NCBI GenBank assembly: GCA_037445065.1
Contig: JBBILD010000004.1
Span: forward strand, 128,001-192,000
DNA from: Myxococcales bacterium
GTDB lineage: Bacteria; Desulfobacterota; Binatia; HRBIN30
Direction of reading: 5' to 3'
Length of the DNA stretch: 64,000 nt
This document shows, in pieces, positions 29,909-38,752 of the stretch. Within the stretch, counting starts at the first letter, position 1, and every line of letters starts with the position of its first letter. The notes beneath the pieces are model-generated. The model saw nothing but the letters and a program-made list of their open reading frames with translations. It was not told where the DNA came from and ran no database searches. A program made the translations under genes and the position numbers.

Positions 29909-30304
29909 ATTAGTACACGAGTGTTTGTAGGGAACCTGAGTTACCGCGTTACCGAGCAGCAACTGGCGGACACCTTTGCCGAAGTGGGTCAGGTACGCAG
30001 CGTGTTCATCGGCATGGATCGGGAGACTGGCCGCCCGCGTGGGTTTGCGTTTGTCGAGTTCGACAGCAGCGAAGAAGCCGCCCATGCCGTTCGCCGCTTC
30101 GATGGCCAAGAGATCGACGGCCGAAAGGTCCGCGTGAACCCGGCTGAAGAACGGGGTGCGCGCGGGGGAGGTCGGTCGTCCGGCCCCCCGAATTGGAGCG
30201 GCTCGGGCGGAGGCGCCGAGCCCTTTGGTGGCGGGGGGCGTGGCTTCAAGAACAAGGGAAGCCGGAGAAACCTGCGGGCGCGCAAGCGCAGCTTGAACTT
30301 CTGA
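29909..30304 (+). CDS. RRM RNA-binding protein with a Gly-rich basic tail; probable ATT start
   Basis: RNP2 VFVGNL and RNP1 RGFAFVEF. AAGGAG (29896-29901) sits 7 nt before an in-frame ATT giving (M)STRVFVGNL. The ORF track uses GTG 29921. Confidence 0.9.
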   Translation: MSTRVFVGNLSYRVTEQQLADTFAEVGQVRSVFIGMDRETGRPRGFAFVEFDSSEEAAHAVRRFDGQEIDGRKVRVNPAEERGARGGGRSSGPPNWSGSGGGAEPFGGGGRGFKNKGSRRNLRARKRSLNF

Positions 30305-30394
30305 GCTGCGTTCCGGTCTCGCTGGTGGGGCTCTCATCCCCCGGCTTGACTCCAGGCGGGTTGTGGGGTCTCGCTCTGCTGGGAGGACCCAAGC

Positions 30395-31084
30395 ATGATC
30401 GTGCTGTACACTGCGCCCACACCCAATGGCTGGAAGGTGTCGATTGCGCTCGAGGAACTTGGCCTCCCGTACGAGGTACGGGTGGTCAATCTTCTGGCGG
30501 GAGAGCAAAAGTCGGCTGAGTATTTGAAGCTCAACCCAAACGGCAAGATCCCCACAATTGTAGACCGGGACGAGGGCGACTTCGTGGTCTTCGAATCCGG
30601 CGCGATCTTGTTGTACCTGGCGGAGAAAACTGGCCGGCTCATTCCTGCGGATCGCAAGGGGCGCTCCCGGGTCGTGCAATGGCTCATGTTCCAGATGGCG
30701 GGCATCGGCCCAATGATGGGCCAAGCCAACGTGTTTTATCGTTACTTCCCCGAACGCATCCCCTCGGTCATTTCCCGCTACCAAAACGAGAGCCGCCGCT
30801 TGTTCGAGGTGTTGGACCGCCGGCTTGCGGAGTCGGAGTGGCTGGCCGGTGATTATTCCATCGCCGACATCGCCAACTGGGCGTGGGTACGTACTCACAA
30901 GTGGTCGGGAGTCTCGGTGGACGGCCTTTTGCATTTGCAGCGCTGGATGGAGCAAATGAGCGCCCGCCCGGCTTGCCAGCGCGGGGTGCAAATACCCGCG
31001 CCGGTGCCGAATCTAACCGACCCCGATAACGCCGAGGCGGCCAAGGCCTTTGCCGAAGCGGCGGCCAAGCTGGTCCAGCGCTAG
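30395..31084 (+). CDS. Glutathione S-transferase-family protein (YfcG/YghU-like)
   Basis: Motifs TPNGWKV, NPNGKIP, FESGAIL.YL, QWLMFQM and YSIADIA. Confidence 0.92.
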   Translation: MIVLYTAPTPNGWKVSIALEELGLPYEVRVVNLLAGEQKSAEYLKLNPNGKIPTIVDRDEGDFVVFESGAILLYLAEKTGRLIPADRKGRSRVVQWLMFQMAGIGPMMGQANVFYRYFPERIPSVISRYQNESRRLFEVLDRRLAESEWLAGDYSIADIANWAWVRTHKWSGVSVDGLLHLQRWMEQMSARPACQRGVQIPAPVPNLTDPDNAEAAKAFAEAAAKLVQR

Positions 31085-31201
31085 GTGCCGGTCTGGGTGG
31101 CGGCGGGAGGCTGCGCCCTCGACAAGGACTTGAGAAACGGCGCGGGTTAGAAGTAGGGTTAGCGCGTTGCAGGCGGGAACGCTGGGCATGACAAGGCTGG
31201 C

Positions 31202-32410
31202 ATGAAGGCGTTGGTTTTGACTGGAGGGGCTGGGCGCACCCTCGTCCCATTCTCTGCCACGCGTCCCAAGGCCATGACAGTGGTCGCGGGCGGTTCTTTG
31301 CTGCGACGCACCCTGGGGCATCTGCGTGAAGCTGGCATCGCCGATGTGACCATTGTCCTCGGCCAGCATGGGGAAAAGGTAGAACAAACCTTCGGCGACG
31401 GCAGCGCGGTAGGGCTCAACCTCTCCTACGCTCGCCAGCCGAGTGCACGCGGCATTGCCGATGCGATTCAATGTGCTCGCCAGCGCTTTATCCCTGGCGA
31501 GTATTTTGTACTGGTGTACGGCGATGTCGTAACTTCCGGGAATCCGTTCCTGCAGTTGCTGCAGTCCTTCAATACCTTCAAGGCGCCAATTGCGGGTGTG
31601 TGCCTACCCGGGCCGCCAACCGCGCGTTACGGCAACGTGTACCTGAGCGGAACGCGGATCACCCGCGTGGTCGAAAAACCGCGCGAGCGGGGTTTGGGAA
31701 ACTACGTTCTTTCGGGCATGTTCGTTTTGCCCGCCGAGATTTTCTCTTGGTTAGAGACGGCCGATGGCGGGATGGAAGATCTCTTTGCCCGGCTGATCGC
31801 CGAGCGCGGTTTGCACGCCTCGATTTGGGAGGACGGTTGGATTGACGTCGAGTTCCCGTGGGACGTGCTGGCGGCGAACCGGATGGTGATGGATACCTGG
31901 GACGAGGCGCGCATATCGCGCGAGGCGCGGCTGGACACGAATGTGACCATCACCGGCCCGGTGCGGATCGAGGCCGGATCGGTGATTCGCTCCGGAGCCG
32001 TGCTGGCTGGCCCCTGTTATATCGGTCCGAACTGCTACGTCGGCAACAACGTCTTGGTGCGCAGCTACTCCTCGCTGGGTGCTGGATCCACGATCGGCTA
32101 CGGTGTCGAACTCAAGAACTGCGTCCTGTTCGGAAACTCGCGGGTGGGGCGGCTGTCGTTCATCGGCGACAGCGTCATCGGAGAAAACGTAGATATTGGC
32201 TCGGGGACGATGACCGTGAACGAGCGGATGGACCGCTCCCCGATCGCTCTCCAGATCCGTGGCGAGCGGGTAGACTCGGGGTTGACCAAGCTCGGCTCGT
32301 TTGTCGGGGACGGTGTGAAGATCGGGGCGGGGAATACGCTTGCGGCTGGGACCATCCTCGACCCGGGAGCGGTCATCGAGCACCACACCACGTTGCCGCC
32401 GAAGGTGTGA
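31202..32410 (+). CDS. Archaeal-type GlmU-like sugar-1-phosphate nucleotidylyltransferase/hexapeptide-repeat protein (atypical catalytic motifs)
   Basis: N-terminal NTP-transferase fold (RPK, YGD, EKP, WIDV..PWD) and C-terminal left-handed beta-helix (ELKNC, IGDSVIG, KLGSFVGD); 3 nt upstream of glmS. Confidence 0.82.
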   Translation: MKALVLTGGAGRTLVPFSATRPKAMTVVAGGSLLRRTLGHLREAGIADVTIVLGQHGEKVEQTFGDGSAVGLNLSYARQPSARGIADAIQCARQRFIPGEYFVLVYGDVVTSGNPFLQLLQSFNTFKAPIAGVCLPGPPTARYGNVYLSGTRITRVVEKPRERGLGNYVLSGMFVLPAEIFSWLETADGGMEDLFARLIAERGLHASIWEDGWIDVEFPWDVLAANRMVMDTWDEARISREARLDTNVTITGPVRIEAGSVIRSGAVLAGPCYIGPNCYVGNNVLVRSYSSLGAGSTIGYGVELKNCVLFGNSRVGRLSFIGDSVIGENVDIGSGTMTVNERMDRSPIALQIRGERVDSGLTKLGSFVGDGVKIGAGNTLAAGTILDPGAVIEHHTTLPPKV

Positions 32411-32413
32411 AGT

Positions 32414-34225
32414 ATGTGCGGGATCAGCGGGGTCGCGAGCTTTCATCCGATTCGGGATCGGCTGTATCAGGGGGTGCATCAGCTCGAATACCGCGGTTAC
32501 GACTCCTGCGGCATCGCTTTCCTGGAAAACCGCCATATCGAGGTGCGCAAGGATGTCGGCACGGTGGACGAGGTGGACAGCAAGCAGTGCTTGCGGGACC
32601 TGGCCGCGAGGGTAGGAATCGCACACACTCGCTGGGCCACGCACGGCAAGGTCACGCGGGAAAACGCCCACCCGCACCTAAGCTGCGCTGGGGACTTCGC
32701 CGTGGTGCACAATGGAATCATCGCGAATTACCGGCAGTTGCGCGAGCGCCTGACACAGGCCGGACATCGCTTTCGCTCGGAAACCGACACCGAGGCGATT
32801 GCGCACTTGGTTGAAGAGCACTTTCGCAATACCGGTGATGTCGAGAAGGCCTGGGTGGCCACCCTACGCGAGCTGCAGGGGAGCTACGCCCTGGCCATGA
32901 TTTCCGTACACGAACCCGAGCGGATTTACTGCGCGCGGCACGAGAGCCCGTTGATCATCGGCGTAGGAACGGAATCGAATTACGTTGGTTCGGATTTCAA
33001 TGCGTTTATCGAGTACACAAGGAACACCGTGATCCTCGACGACGGCGAATACGGAATCGTTGCCAAGGATTCCTACGCGGTGAAGAGCTTGCGCACCGGC
33101 GAGGTAGTGGAAAAGCCAGTCACCGTGATCCCTTGGGATCCGGAACTCGCGCGCAAAGGCGGATACCCGCACTTCATGCTCAAGGAGATCCACGAGCAGC
33201 CACAAGCGATCCGCAACGCTCTGGCCCATGCGCGCGACTCGCTCGCGGCGCTGGCGGATGCGGTGGCGCAAGCACGGCAAGTGTATTTGCTCGGTGTCGG
33301 GACGACGCATTACGTGGCGCTCTACGGGCAATATGCCTTTGCCGGCCTGGCGGGGTCGCCGGTGCTACCGGTGAGTTCGGATGAGTTCCGTTACCTCGAC
33401 TGCACAGAGGGGGATTCGTTGGTGCTCGCCATCTCGCAATCGGGCGAGACGTACGACACGTTGGTGAGCCTCCGGCACGCCCGCGAGCGTGGCGCCAAGA
33501 CGGCTGCCATCGTGAACGTGGTGGGCTCCTCGATTGCACGTTTGGTGGACTACCCGGTCCTGCAAGGCTCCGGCCCAGAAGTGTGCGTGGTGAGTACGAA
33601 GGCAGCACTCGTGCAAATGGTGCTGCTCACCGTGCTCGCCGCGGAAGTGGGTATGCGGCGGGGAGTGCTGGCCGCCGAGGAGCGCGCCCAGCTCGACCAA
33701 GCCCTCGCAACACTGCCTGCGGAGATCGAAGAGCTTCTGAACGAGCAATCGGGTTTGGTACGCGCGGTCGCGTACCGGCATGCACACCAACACAACTGGC
33801 TTTTTCTCGGGCGCGGCGTCTACTACCCGATTGCCTTAGAGGCGGCGCTCAAAGTGAAGGAAGTTGCGTACCTGCACGCAGAGGGGATGCCGGCGGGCTT
33901 CTTGAAGCACGGTACCCTGGCGCTGGTGGATGAGAACCTCTCCACCCTGGTGTTCTTGCCCCCTCGGCAGAGCGGCGAGCTGTACTCGCTGACCCTGTCG
34001 AGTGTGGAAGAAGTGCGGGCGCGGGGCGGCTTCGTTCTAGGCTTTGCCTTCGAGGATGAGCGCGAGGTGTGCGACGAAGTCGTGCAGCTAAAGGCCCGCG
34101 ACGTGCACACGGCTCCGTTCTTAGCGTTGGTCGGAGCCCAGCTCTTTGCGTATTTTGCCGCCACGGCACTGCGGCGGAATGTGGATAAGCCTCGCTCTCT
34201 GGCCAAGTCGGTGACCGTTGCGTAA
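32414..34225 (+). CDS. glmS: Glutamine-fructose-6-phosphate transaminase (isomerizing)
   Basis: Motifs MCGI, LEYRGYDS, HTRWATHG, HNGII, SQSGET and PRSLAKSVTV. Confidence 0.97.
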   Translation: MCGISGVASFHPIRDRLYQGVHQLEYRGYDSCGIAFLENRHIEVRKDVGTVDEVDSKQCLRDLAARVGIAHTRWATHGKVTRENAHPHLSCAGDFAVVHNGIIANYRQLRERLTQAGHRFRSETDTEAIAHLVEEHFRNTGDVEKAWVATLRELQGSYALAMISVHEPERIYCARHESPLIIGVGTESNYVGSDFNAFIEYTRNTVILDDGEYGIVAKDSYAVKSLRTGEVVEKPVTVIPWDPELARKGGYPHFMLKEIHEQPQAIRNALAHARDSLAALADAVAQARQVYLLGVGTTHYVALYGQYAFAGLAGSPVLPVSSDEFRYLDCTEGDSLVLAISQSGETYDTLVSLRHARERGAKTAAIVNVVGSSIARLVDYPVLQGSGPEVCVVSTKAALVQMVLLTVLAAEVGMRRGVLAAEERAQLDQALATLPAEIEELLNEQSGLVRAVAYRHAHQHNWLFLGRGVYYPIALEAALKVKEVAYLHAEGMPAGFLKHGTLALVDENLSTLVFLPPRQSGELYSLTLSSVEEVRARGGFVLGFAFEDEREVCDEVVQLKARDVHTAPFLALVGAQLFAYFAATALRRNVDKPRSLAKSVTVA

Positions 34226-34237
34226 GAGGCGCAGCGC

Positions 34238-34987
34238 GTGGCGGATCTCAGTGGGAAATTCGCGTTGGTGACCGGTTCTTCACGCGGCATCGGGCGCGGC
34301 ATCGCGCTCGAACTCGCACGTGCCGGTGCCCATGTCGCGGTGCATTACCGACGCGAACGAGAAGCGGCAGAGCGCACGGCAAGCGAGATCGAAGCCATGG
34401 GCCGGCAGGCCATCGTGGTGGGAGCGGATGTGGCGCGTTGGGAAGAGGTCCAAAAGATGGCAGCGCAGGTGTTCGCCCACTTCGGCCGCTTGGACATCGT
34501 GGTGGCCAATTCTGGCATCGCCTCGCGCCCGGCCCCCGTGTGGGAACTCGATGTCGAACACTGGCACAGGGTCCTTGCGGTGGACCTGCACGGCGTTTTC
34601 TACACGTGCCGGGCGACGGTCGGTGAACTGGTGCGGCAGAAGTCCGGTTCCGTCATTCTGGTTTCCTCGGTCGGTGCTGATCTGTGCGCGCCGTTCGGAG
34701 CGCCGTACTACGCTGCCAAGGCCGCGGTGAACGCGCTCACCAAAACCCTGGCCCGCGAGTGTGCTCCAGCGGGCGTGCGAGTCAACGCTCTCGCTCCCGG
34801 CTTGATTCACTCCGACATGGGCGACCGTATGATCAAAGCGTACGGCGAGAGCCTTCTCTCCACCATCCCGCTCGGGAGGGCGGGGACCCCGGAAGAGGTG
34901 GGCAGGGCAGCGGTGTTCTTGGCGAGCGACGACGCTGCCTTTATTACCGGAAAGATCCTGCGCGTTGACGGCGGCGCCTGGATGTAA
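34238..34987 (+). CDS. SDR-family oxidoreductase (FabG-like)
   Basis: Motifs TGSSRGIG, YYAAK, VNALAPG and VDGG. Confidence 0.92.
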   Translation: MADLSGKFALVTGSSRGIGRGIALELARAGAHVAVHYRREREAAERTASEIEAMGRQAIVVGADVARWEEVQKMAAQVFAHFGRLDIVVANSGIASRPAPVWELDVEHWHRVLAVDLHGVFYTCRATVGELVRQKSGSVILVSSVGADLCAPFGAPYYAAKAAVNALTKTLARECAPAGVRVNALAPGLIHSDMGDRMIKAYGESLLSTIPLGRAGTPEEVGRAAVFLASDDAAFITGKILRVDGGAWM

Positions 34988-35009
34988 GGCGCTCTACTTG
35001 CCCCGCGTT

Positions 35010-36668
35010 TCATTCGAGGCCAACGATTTTGCCGTCGTGGACTTCGATTCGCTGTGCTAGAGGTTGGCGTGGTAGGCCCGGCATGCGCAGGATGTCACCG
35101 AGCAGAACAACCAGAAACCCGGCGCCCGTGTTTGGCTGAACCCGGCGAACGGTGACCTCGAAGTCCTTCGGGCGGCCGGTACGTTTGGGGTCGTCGGATA
35201 GGGATGTCGGCGCTTTGGCGAGACATACGGGCAAAGTGTCCCAGCCGAAGCGGTGCACGAGTTCCAGATCTCGCTCGGCTTCGCGCGTATAGGCGACGCT
35301 TCGTGCACCGTACATGCGCCGAGCGACGGTGGAGATCTTTTCCTTTGGCGCTGCCGCCCAGTCGTACAGTGGGCGAAACGGCCGGCTGGCCTTCTCGGCG
35401 TGCGCCATCACCGTACGAGCCAAAGAGACGCAGCCCTCGCCCCCACGTTGGTACGGGTCTGCCACCGCGCATGGTACCTCCAGCTCGGCGCAGCGGTCCC
35501 GCACCAGCTCGAGCTCTTGCTCCGAGTCTCCGGCATGGCGATTGATGGCCACCACGGGGGCTTCTCCAAACTCGCGGATGTTCTCGACGTGTTTCTCGAG
35601 GTTCGCCATCCCCTTCCGTAAGGCCTCCAATCCCTGCGGCCCGCGCGCATCGGGTGAGCCGCCGTGTACTTTGAGGGCGCGGACCGTCGCCACGAGCACG
35701 ACCGCAGCCGTGTCGAGCTGGCCCGTGACGCACTTGATGTCGAAAAACTTCTCGGCTCCGAGATCGAAGGCAAAGCCAGCTTCGGTGACCACCCAGTCGG
35801 CACGGCGCATGGCGAGCTGGGTAGCGACCAAGCTGTTACATCCATGCGCGACGTTGGCGAACGGCCCTCCGTGGACCAAAGCCGGAGTTCCAGCCCGCGT
35901 TTGCACCAAGTTCGGCAAGAAGGCATCGAGCAATAAGGCGAGCAGCGCCCCGGTTGCGCCCAGTTGCCCTGCCATCACCGGTTCCCCTCGGGTTGTGAAG
36001 CCGATCAGGATTCGCTCGAGGCGGGCACGCAGGTCGGTAAAATCTTTCGCCAAGCAAAGGATTGCCATGATCTCCGAAGCGGCCGTGATCTCGAAAGCGG
36101 CTTCGCGGGGAACGCCATGAGCCGTCCCACCAAGCCCGGTGACGATGTGCCGCAAGCTACGGTCGTTGATGTCCAAGACCCGCGGCCACACGATGCGGCG
36201 CGAATCGAGGCCGAGCGCGTTGTCGAAATAAACGTGGTTATCAATGAGCGCGGCGAGTAGATTGTGAGCGGCGGTGACCGCGTGGAAGTCACCGGTGAAA
36301 TGCAGGTTGATCCGCTCCGCCGGCACGAGCTGCGCTTGCCCCCCACCCGTGCCCCCGCCTTTGATGCCGAAGCACGGTCCAAGAGAGGGCTCGCGTAACG
36401 CTACGCAAACCCGCTGGCCGATCAGCCGGAAAGCATCGGCAAGGCCAATTGCGATGGTGGTTTTCCCTTCCCCCGCGGTTGTGGGTGTGATGCCGGAGAC
36501 CAGTACGAGCCGCGCTTGCCCTGGCCGCTGGCGTGGCTTCACCACGGCTTCCCAGGCGATCTTGGCGATCTGCCGGCCATAAGGAATCAAAGCGTTGCCC
36601 GGCAGGTCCAGTTCCGCCGCGACTTGTTCGATCGGTCGTACTTCACTTGGTTCGTCCATGATCCCCAT
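35010..36668 (-). CDS. fhs: Formate-tetrahydrofolate ligase
   Basis: Motifs TPTTAGEGKTT, REPSLGP.FG.KGG, NLHFTGDFHA, HGGPFAN.AHG, TEAGF and MPGLP; start ATG 36668 with an AGGAG RBS. Confidence 0.96.
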   Translation of the reverse strand: MGIMDEPSEVRPIEQVAAELDLPGNALIPYGRQIAKIAWEAVVKPRQRPGQARLVLVSGITPTTAGEGKTTIAIGLADAFRLIGQRVCVALREPSLGPCFGIKGGGTGGGQAQLVPAERINLHFTGDFHAVTAAHNLLAALIDNHVYFDNALGLDSRRIVWPRVLDINDRSLRHIVTGLGGTAHGVPREAAFEITAASEIMAILCLAKDFTDLRARLERILIGFTTRGEPVMAGQLGATGALLALLLDAFLPNLVQTRAGTPALVHGGPFANVAHGCNSLVATQLAMRRADWVVTEAGFAFDLGAEKFFDIKCVTGQLDTAAVVLVATVRALKVHGGSPDARGPQGLEALRKGMANLEKHVENIREFGEAPVVAINRHAGDSEQELELVRDRCAELEVPCAVADPYQRGGEGCVSLARTVMAHAEKASRPFRPLYDWAAAPKEKISTVARRMYGARSVAYTREAERDLELVHRFGWDTLPVCLAKAPTSLSDDPKRTGRPKDFEVTVRRVQPNTGAGFLVVLLGDILRMPGLPRQPLAQRIEVHDGKIVGLE

Positions 36669-36877
36669 GGCCGATCTCCTCCCAGGCGCCAGAGTGGCAA
36701 ACATCGCCTGCAAGCTGGGTGCCGATGGCAGCAGTAGCGGTTTGTTTCACAGGTCGAAGGCGTAGCTGCTGCAAGCGTAAGAACGCTTGCCCTGCCACGT
36801 GTGTGCGGAGCGAGTGTACGAGCCGGCTTCGAGTTCGGATGCGAGATTGCCCAGTGGCTTGTCGCTGGGGCGACGAA

Positions 36878-37672
36878 TCAGTCGTCGGCTTGGCTGGAGC
36901 TAGGGATGGTGACGGTAAAGGTAGCGCCGGCGCCGACCGTGCCCTCGGCAGTGATGCGACCGCCATGCCGCCGAGCGACGAGCGCTGCGATTGCGAGGCC
37001 GAACCCAGCTCCTTCGTATTCATGGCGCGAGTGGAGGCGAGACAGTGGCCGGAACAGAAGATCGGTTTTCTCTGGGGGAAACCCGACCCCCGAGTCGCGA
37101 ACAAAGAAGGTGACCGGCTCTGCATCCGGGATCGGACCGACCTCGATGTGCGCAGAGCGCGTGCCGCGCGTGAACTTCCAAGCGTTTTCTAGCAGGCTGG
37201 TGAGCAAAAGTTCACACAGCTCAGGATCGGCACAGACCTTGAGGTTGGGGGCGACGCGGATCTGGACGCTGCGGTGGCGTTCGAGCCGGTGCAAGCGCGC
37301 GAGGATCTTGGCTGCGAGTGCGGAGAGGTCGAGCGCTTCGCGCTGCAGCGGCTTTTGACTGGCCCGGCAAAAGCGGAGCAGGGACTCGAGGAAGCCGCGC
37401 ATCTCGGCCACGCCGTCCAGCAACGCGGATAGGTAGCGCTGCGATTCCTCGTCCCACTGTTCTGATCGCTGCCGGAGCAGTTGAGAAAAGGCTTCCACGT
37501 GGCGCAGCGGCGTTCGCATCTCTTGCACAACGGCGTTCGCAAATGTCGCGAGGCTTTCGTGTCCGAACGGGCCACATGCGGCGCTTCCTGTGTCCGGCGC
37601 TGCAAGGGACTTGTGAGCAGTGCTGTGCTCCGCTCGCTTTCGCTTTTCCATTTCCCAAAGCACCTCTCTCAA
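36878..37672 (-). CDS. Sensor-less histidine-kinase-like protein lacking the phosphoacceptor His
   Basis: HisKA-like FANAVVQEMRTPLRHV (Q where H is expected); HATPase motifs ENAWKFT, VRDSGVGF and GAGFGLAI; TTG start overlaps the upstream stop. Confidence 0.82.
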   Translation of the reverse strand: MREVLWEMEKRKRAEHSTAHKSLAAPDTGSAACGPFGHESLATFANAVVQEMRTPLRHVEAFSQLLRQRSEQWDEESQRYLSALLDGVAEMRGFLESLLRFCRASQKPLQREALDLSALAAKILARLHRLERHRSVQIRVAPNLKVCADPELCELLLTSLLENAWKFTRGTRSAHIEVGPIPDAEPVTFFVRDSGVGFPPEKTDLLFRPLSRLHSRHEYEGAGFGLAIAALVARRHGGRITAEGTVGAGATFTVTIPSSSQADD

Positions 37673-38085
37673 GGGGTTTTCTTGCGGCTACCTTGCCTTG
37701 CCTGGGGCCCCGTAGGGGAAGGGCTTTTGGGTGGCTCGGGAAGCCACGCCAGGAGAGCTGGCAGGGCGACCGGTTTGGCGAGAACTTCATTGGCCCCGGC
37801 AGCGAGTGCCCGTGCACGGAGGGAAGGCCCGGTCCCGCCGGCGATCACGACCACCGGAATATCTGGGAACCGGCCACGTGCCAAACGAACCACTTCCTCT
37901 CCTTCACAACCGCCTGGACGGAGAGCCCAGTCGGTGAACACGGCCACGTATTTCCGGCGTCGGAGCCAAAAAGTCGCTTGGTCTAAAGAGCTCGCGTGAT
38001 CCACCTTGTAGCCTTTGGTGGTGAAGAACTGGACCATTCCGAAGGCGGCTGCGGCGTCGTCTTCAACGATCAACATTCGCTTCAT
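37669..38085 (-). CDS. Single-domain response regulator (CheY-like)
   Basis: Motifs MLIVEDD, phosphoacceptor FTDW and AGANEVLAKP; start ATG 38085. Confidence 0.88.
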   Translation of the reverse strand: MKRMLIVEDDAAAAFGMVQFFTTKGYKVDHASSLDQATFWLRRRKYVAVFTDWALRPGGCEGEEVVRLARGRFPDIPVVVIAGGTGPSLRARALAAGANEVLAKPVALPALLAWLPEPPKSPSPTGPQARQGSRKKTP

Positions 38086-38564
38086 GAGGGAGCCGCCATT
38101 CTGGCGTCTCCCGGCCGGCCCTTGTCTTGCGCCTCGCTTAGCAAGCGGATGAGGGTTTGCATCTCCTCGGCGAGGCGGAAGCCACTGCTCGCTTGGTTCG
38201 TGCACCCCGGCTGCAGGTGCAGGCGCAGGTGGCCTCTGGCGGACTGCCTTCGTTTCTTATCTAGACAGCCTCCGAGCATGCCTAGGACCGCCCATGGTTG
38301 GCGGCCAGCAGCGAACCGCAGGGTATCTCGAACCCCGGAGGAGTAAATCCAATTCAGCGCGCGGTGCGCCACAACCAACGCGTAGGAGCGTGAATCCAGG
38401 TACGCGAAGGCAACGGGTAGAGTGTGAGTGAGATCCACGATGCAGCCTCGCTCCGCAAGGCAACGAGCGAGAGCCCGTATCGTGTCACAGGCAGGAGCCA
38501 CGAGCGGAACCCGGTGCGTTTCTACCGGTGCGTTCGGTTCGAAGCCGTATGATTGGTCGTGCAT
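38082..38564 (-). CDS. Degenerate receiver-domain (pseudo-REC) protein
   Basis: Aligns by eye to the adjacent receiver. Its stop overlaps the next ATG (ATGA), and it starts just after a sigma54 promoter. Confidence 0.6.
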   Translation of the reverse strand: MHDQSYGFEPNAPVETHRVPLVAPACDTIRALARCLAERGCIVDLTHTLPVAFAYLDSRSYALVVAHRALNWIYSSGVRDTLRFAAGRQPWAVLGMLGGCLDKKRRQSARGHLRLHLQPGCTNQASSGFRLAEEMQTLIRLLSEAQDKGRPGDARMAAPS

Positions 38565-38576
38565 GCCCGCGCTTCG

Positions 38577-38592
38577 AGCTACGAGCGTGCCA
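38577..38592 (-). promoter_or_regulatory. Sigma54 (-24/-12) promoter
   Basis: Minus strand reads TGGCACGCTCGTAGCT (GG-N10-GC; consensus TGGCACG-N4-TTGC). It is intergenic and lies just downstream of a sigma54 activator gene. Confidence 0.72.
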
Positions 38593-38752
38593 GCGACGAG
38601 ACGTGCGTCAGGAGCTTTGCCCCTCTCTTCGCACGTTCCGAGTTCCGGAATCTGGACGTCTTCCGTCCATACGTCAGAACGTACCGCTACCAACAAAGGC
38701 GCTGGGCAATCCCGTCCTCTGTGCATTCGCGTATGGATTCGCGCAGGTGCTC

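Noticed and set aside
31085..32413. glmS ribozyme
   Set aside because: Only 3 nt separate glmS from the upstream gene, and no ribozyme core was recognised before the operon.
36669..36877. ZTP or THF riboswitch upstream of fhs
   Set aside because: Only a CGCCTGGG fragment and one hairpin (36771-36790) are visible; the rest of the consensus was not found. An Rfam scan would settle it.
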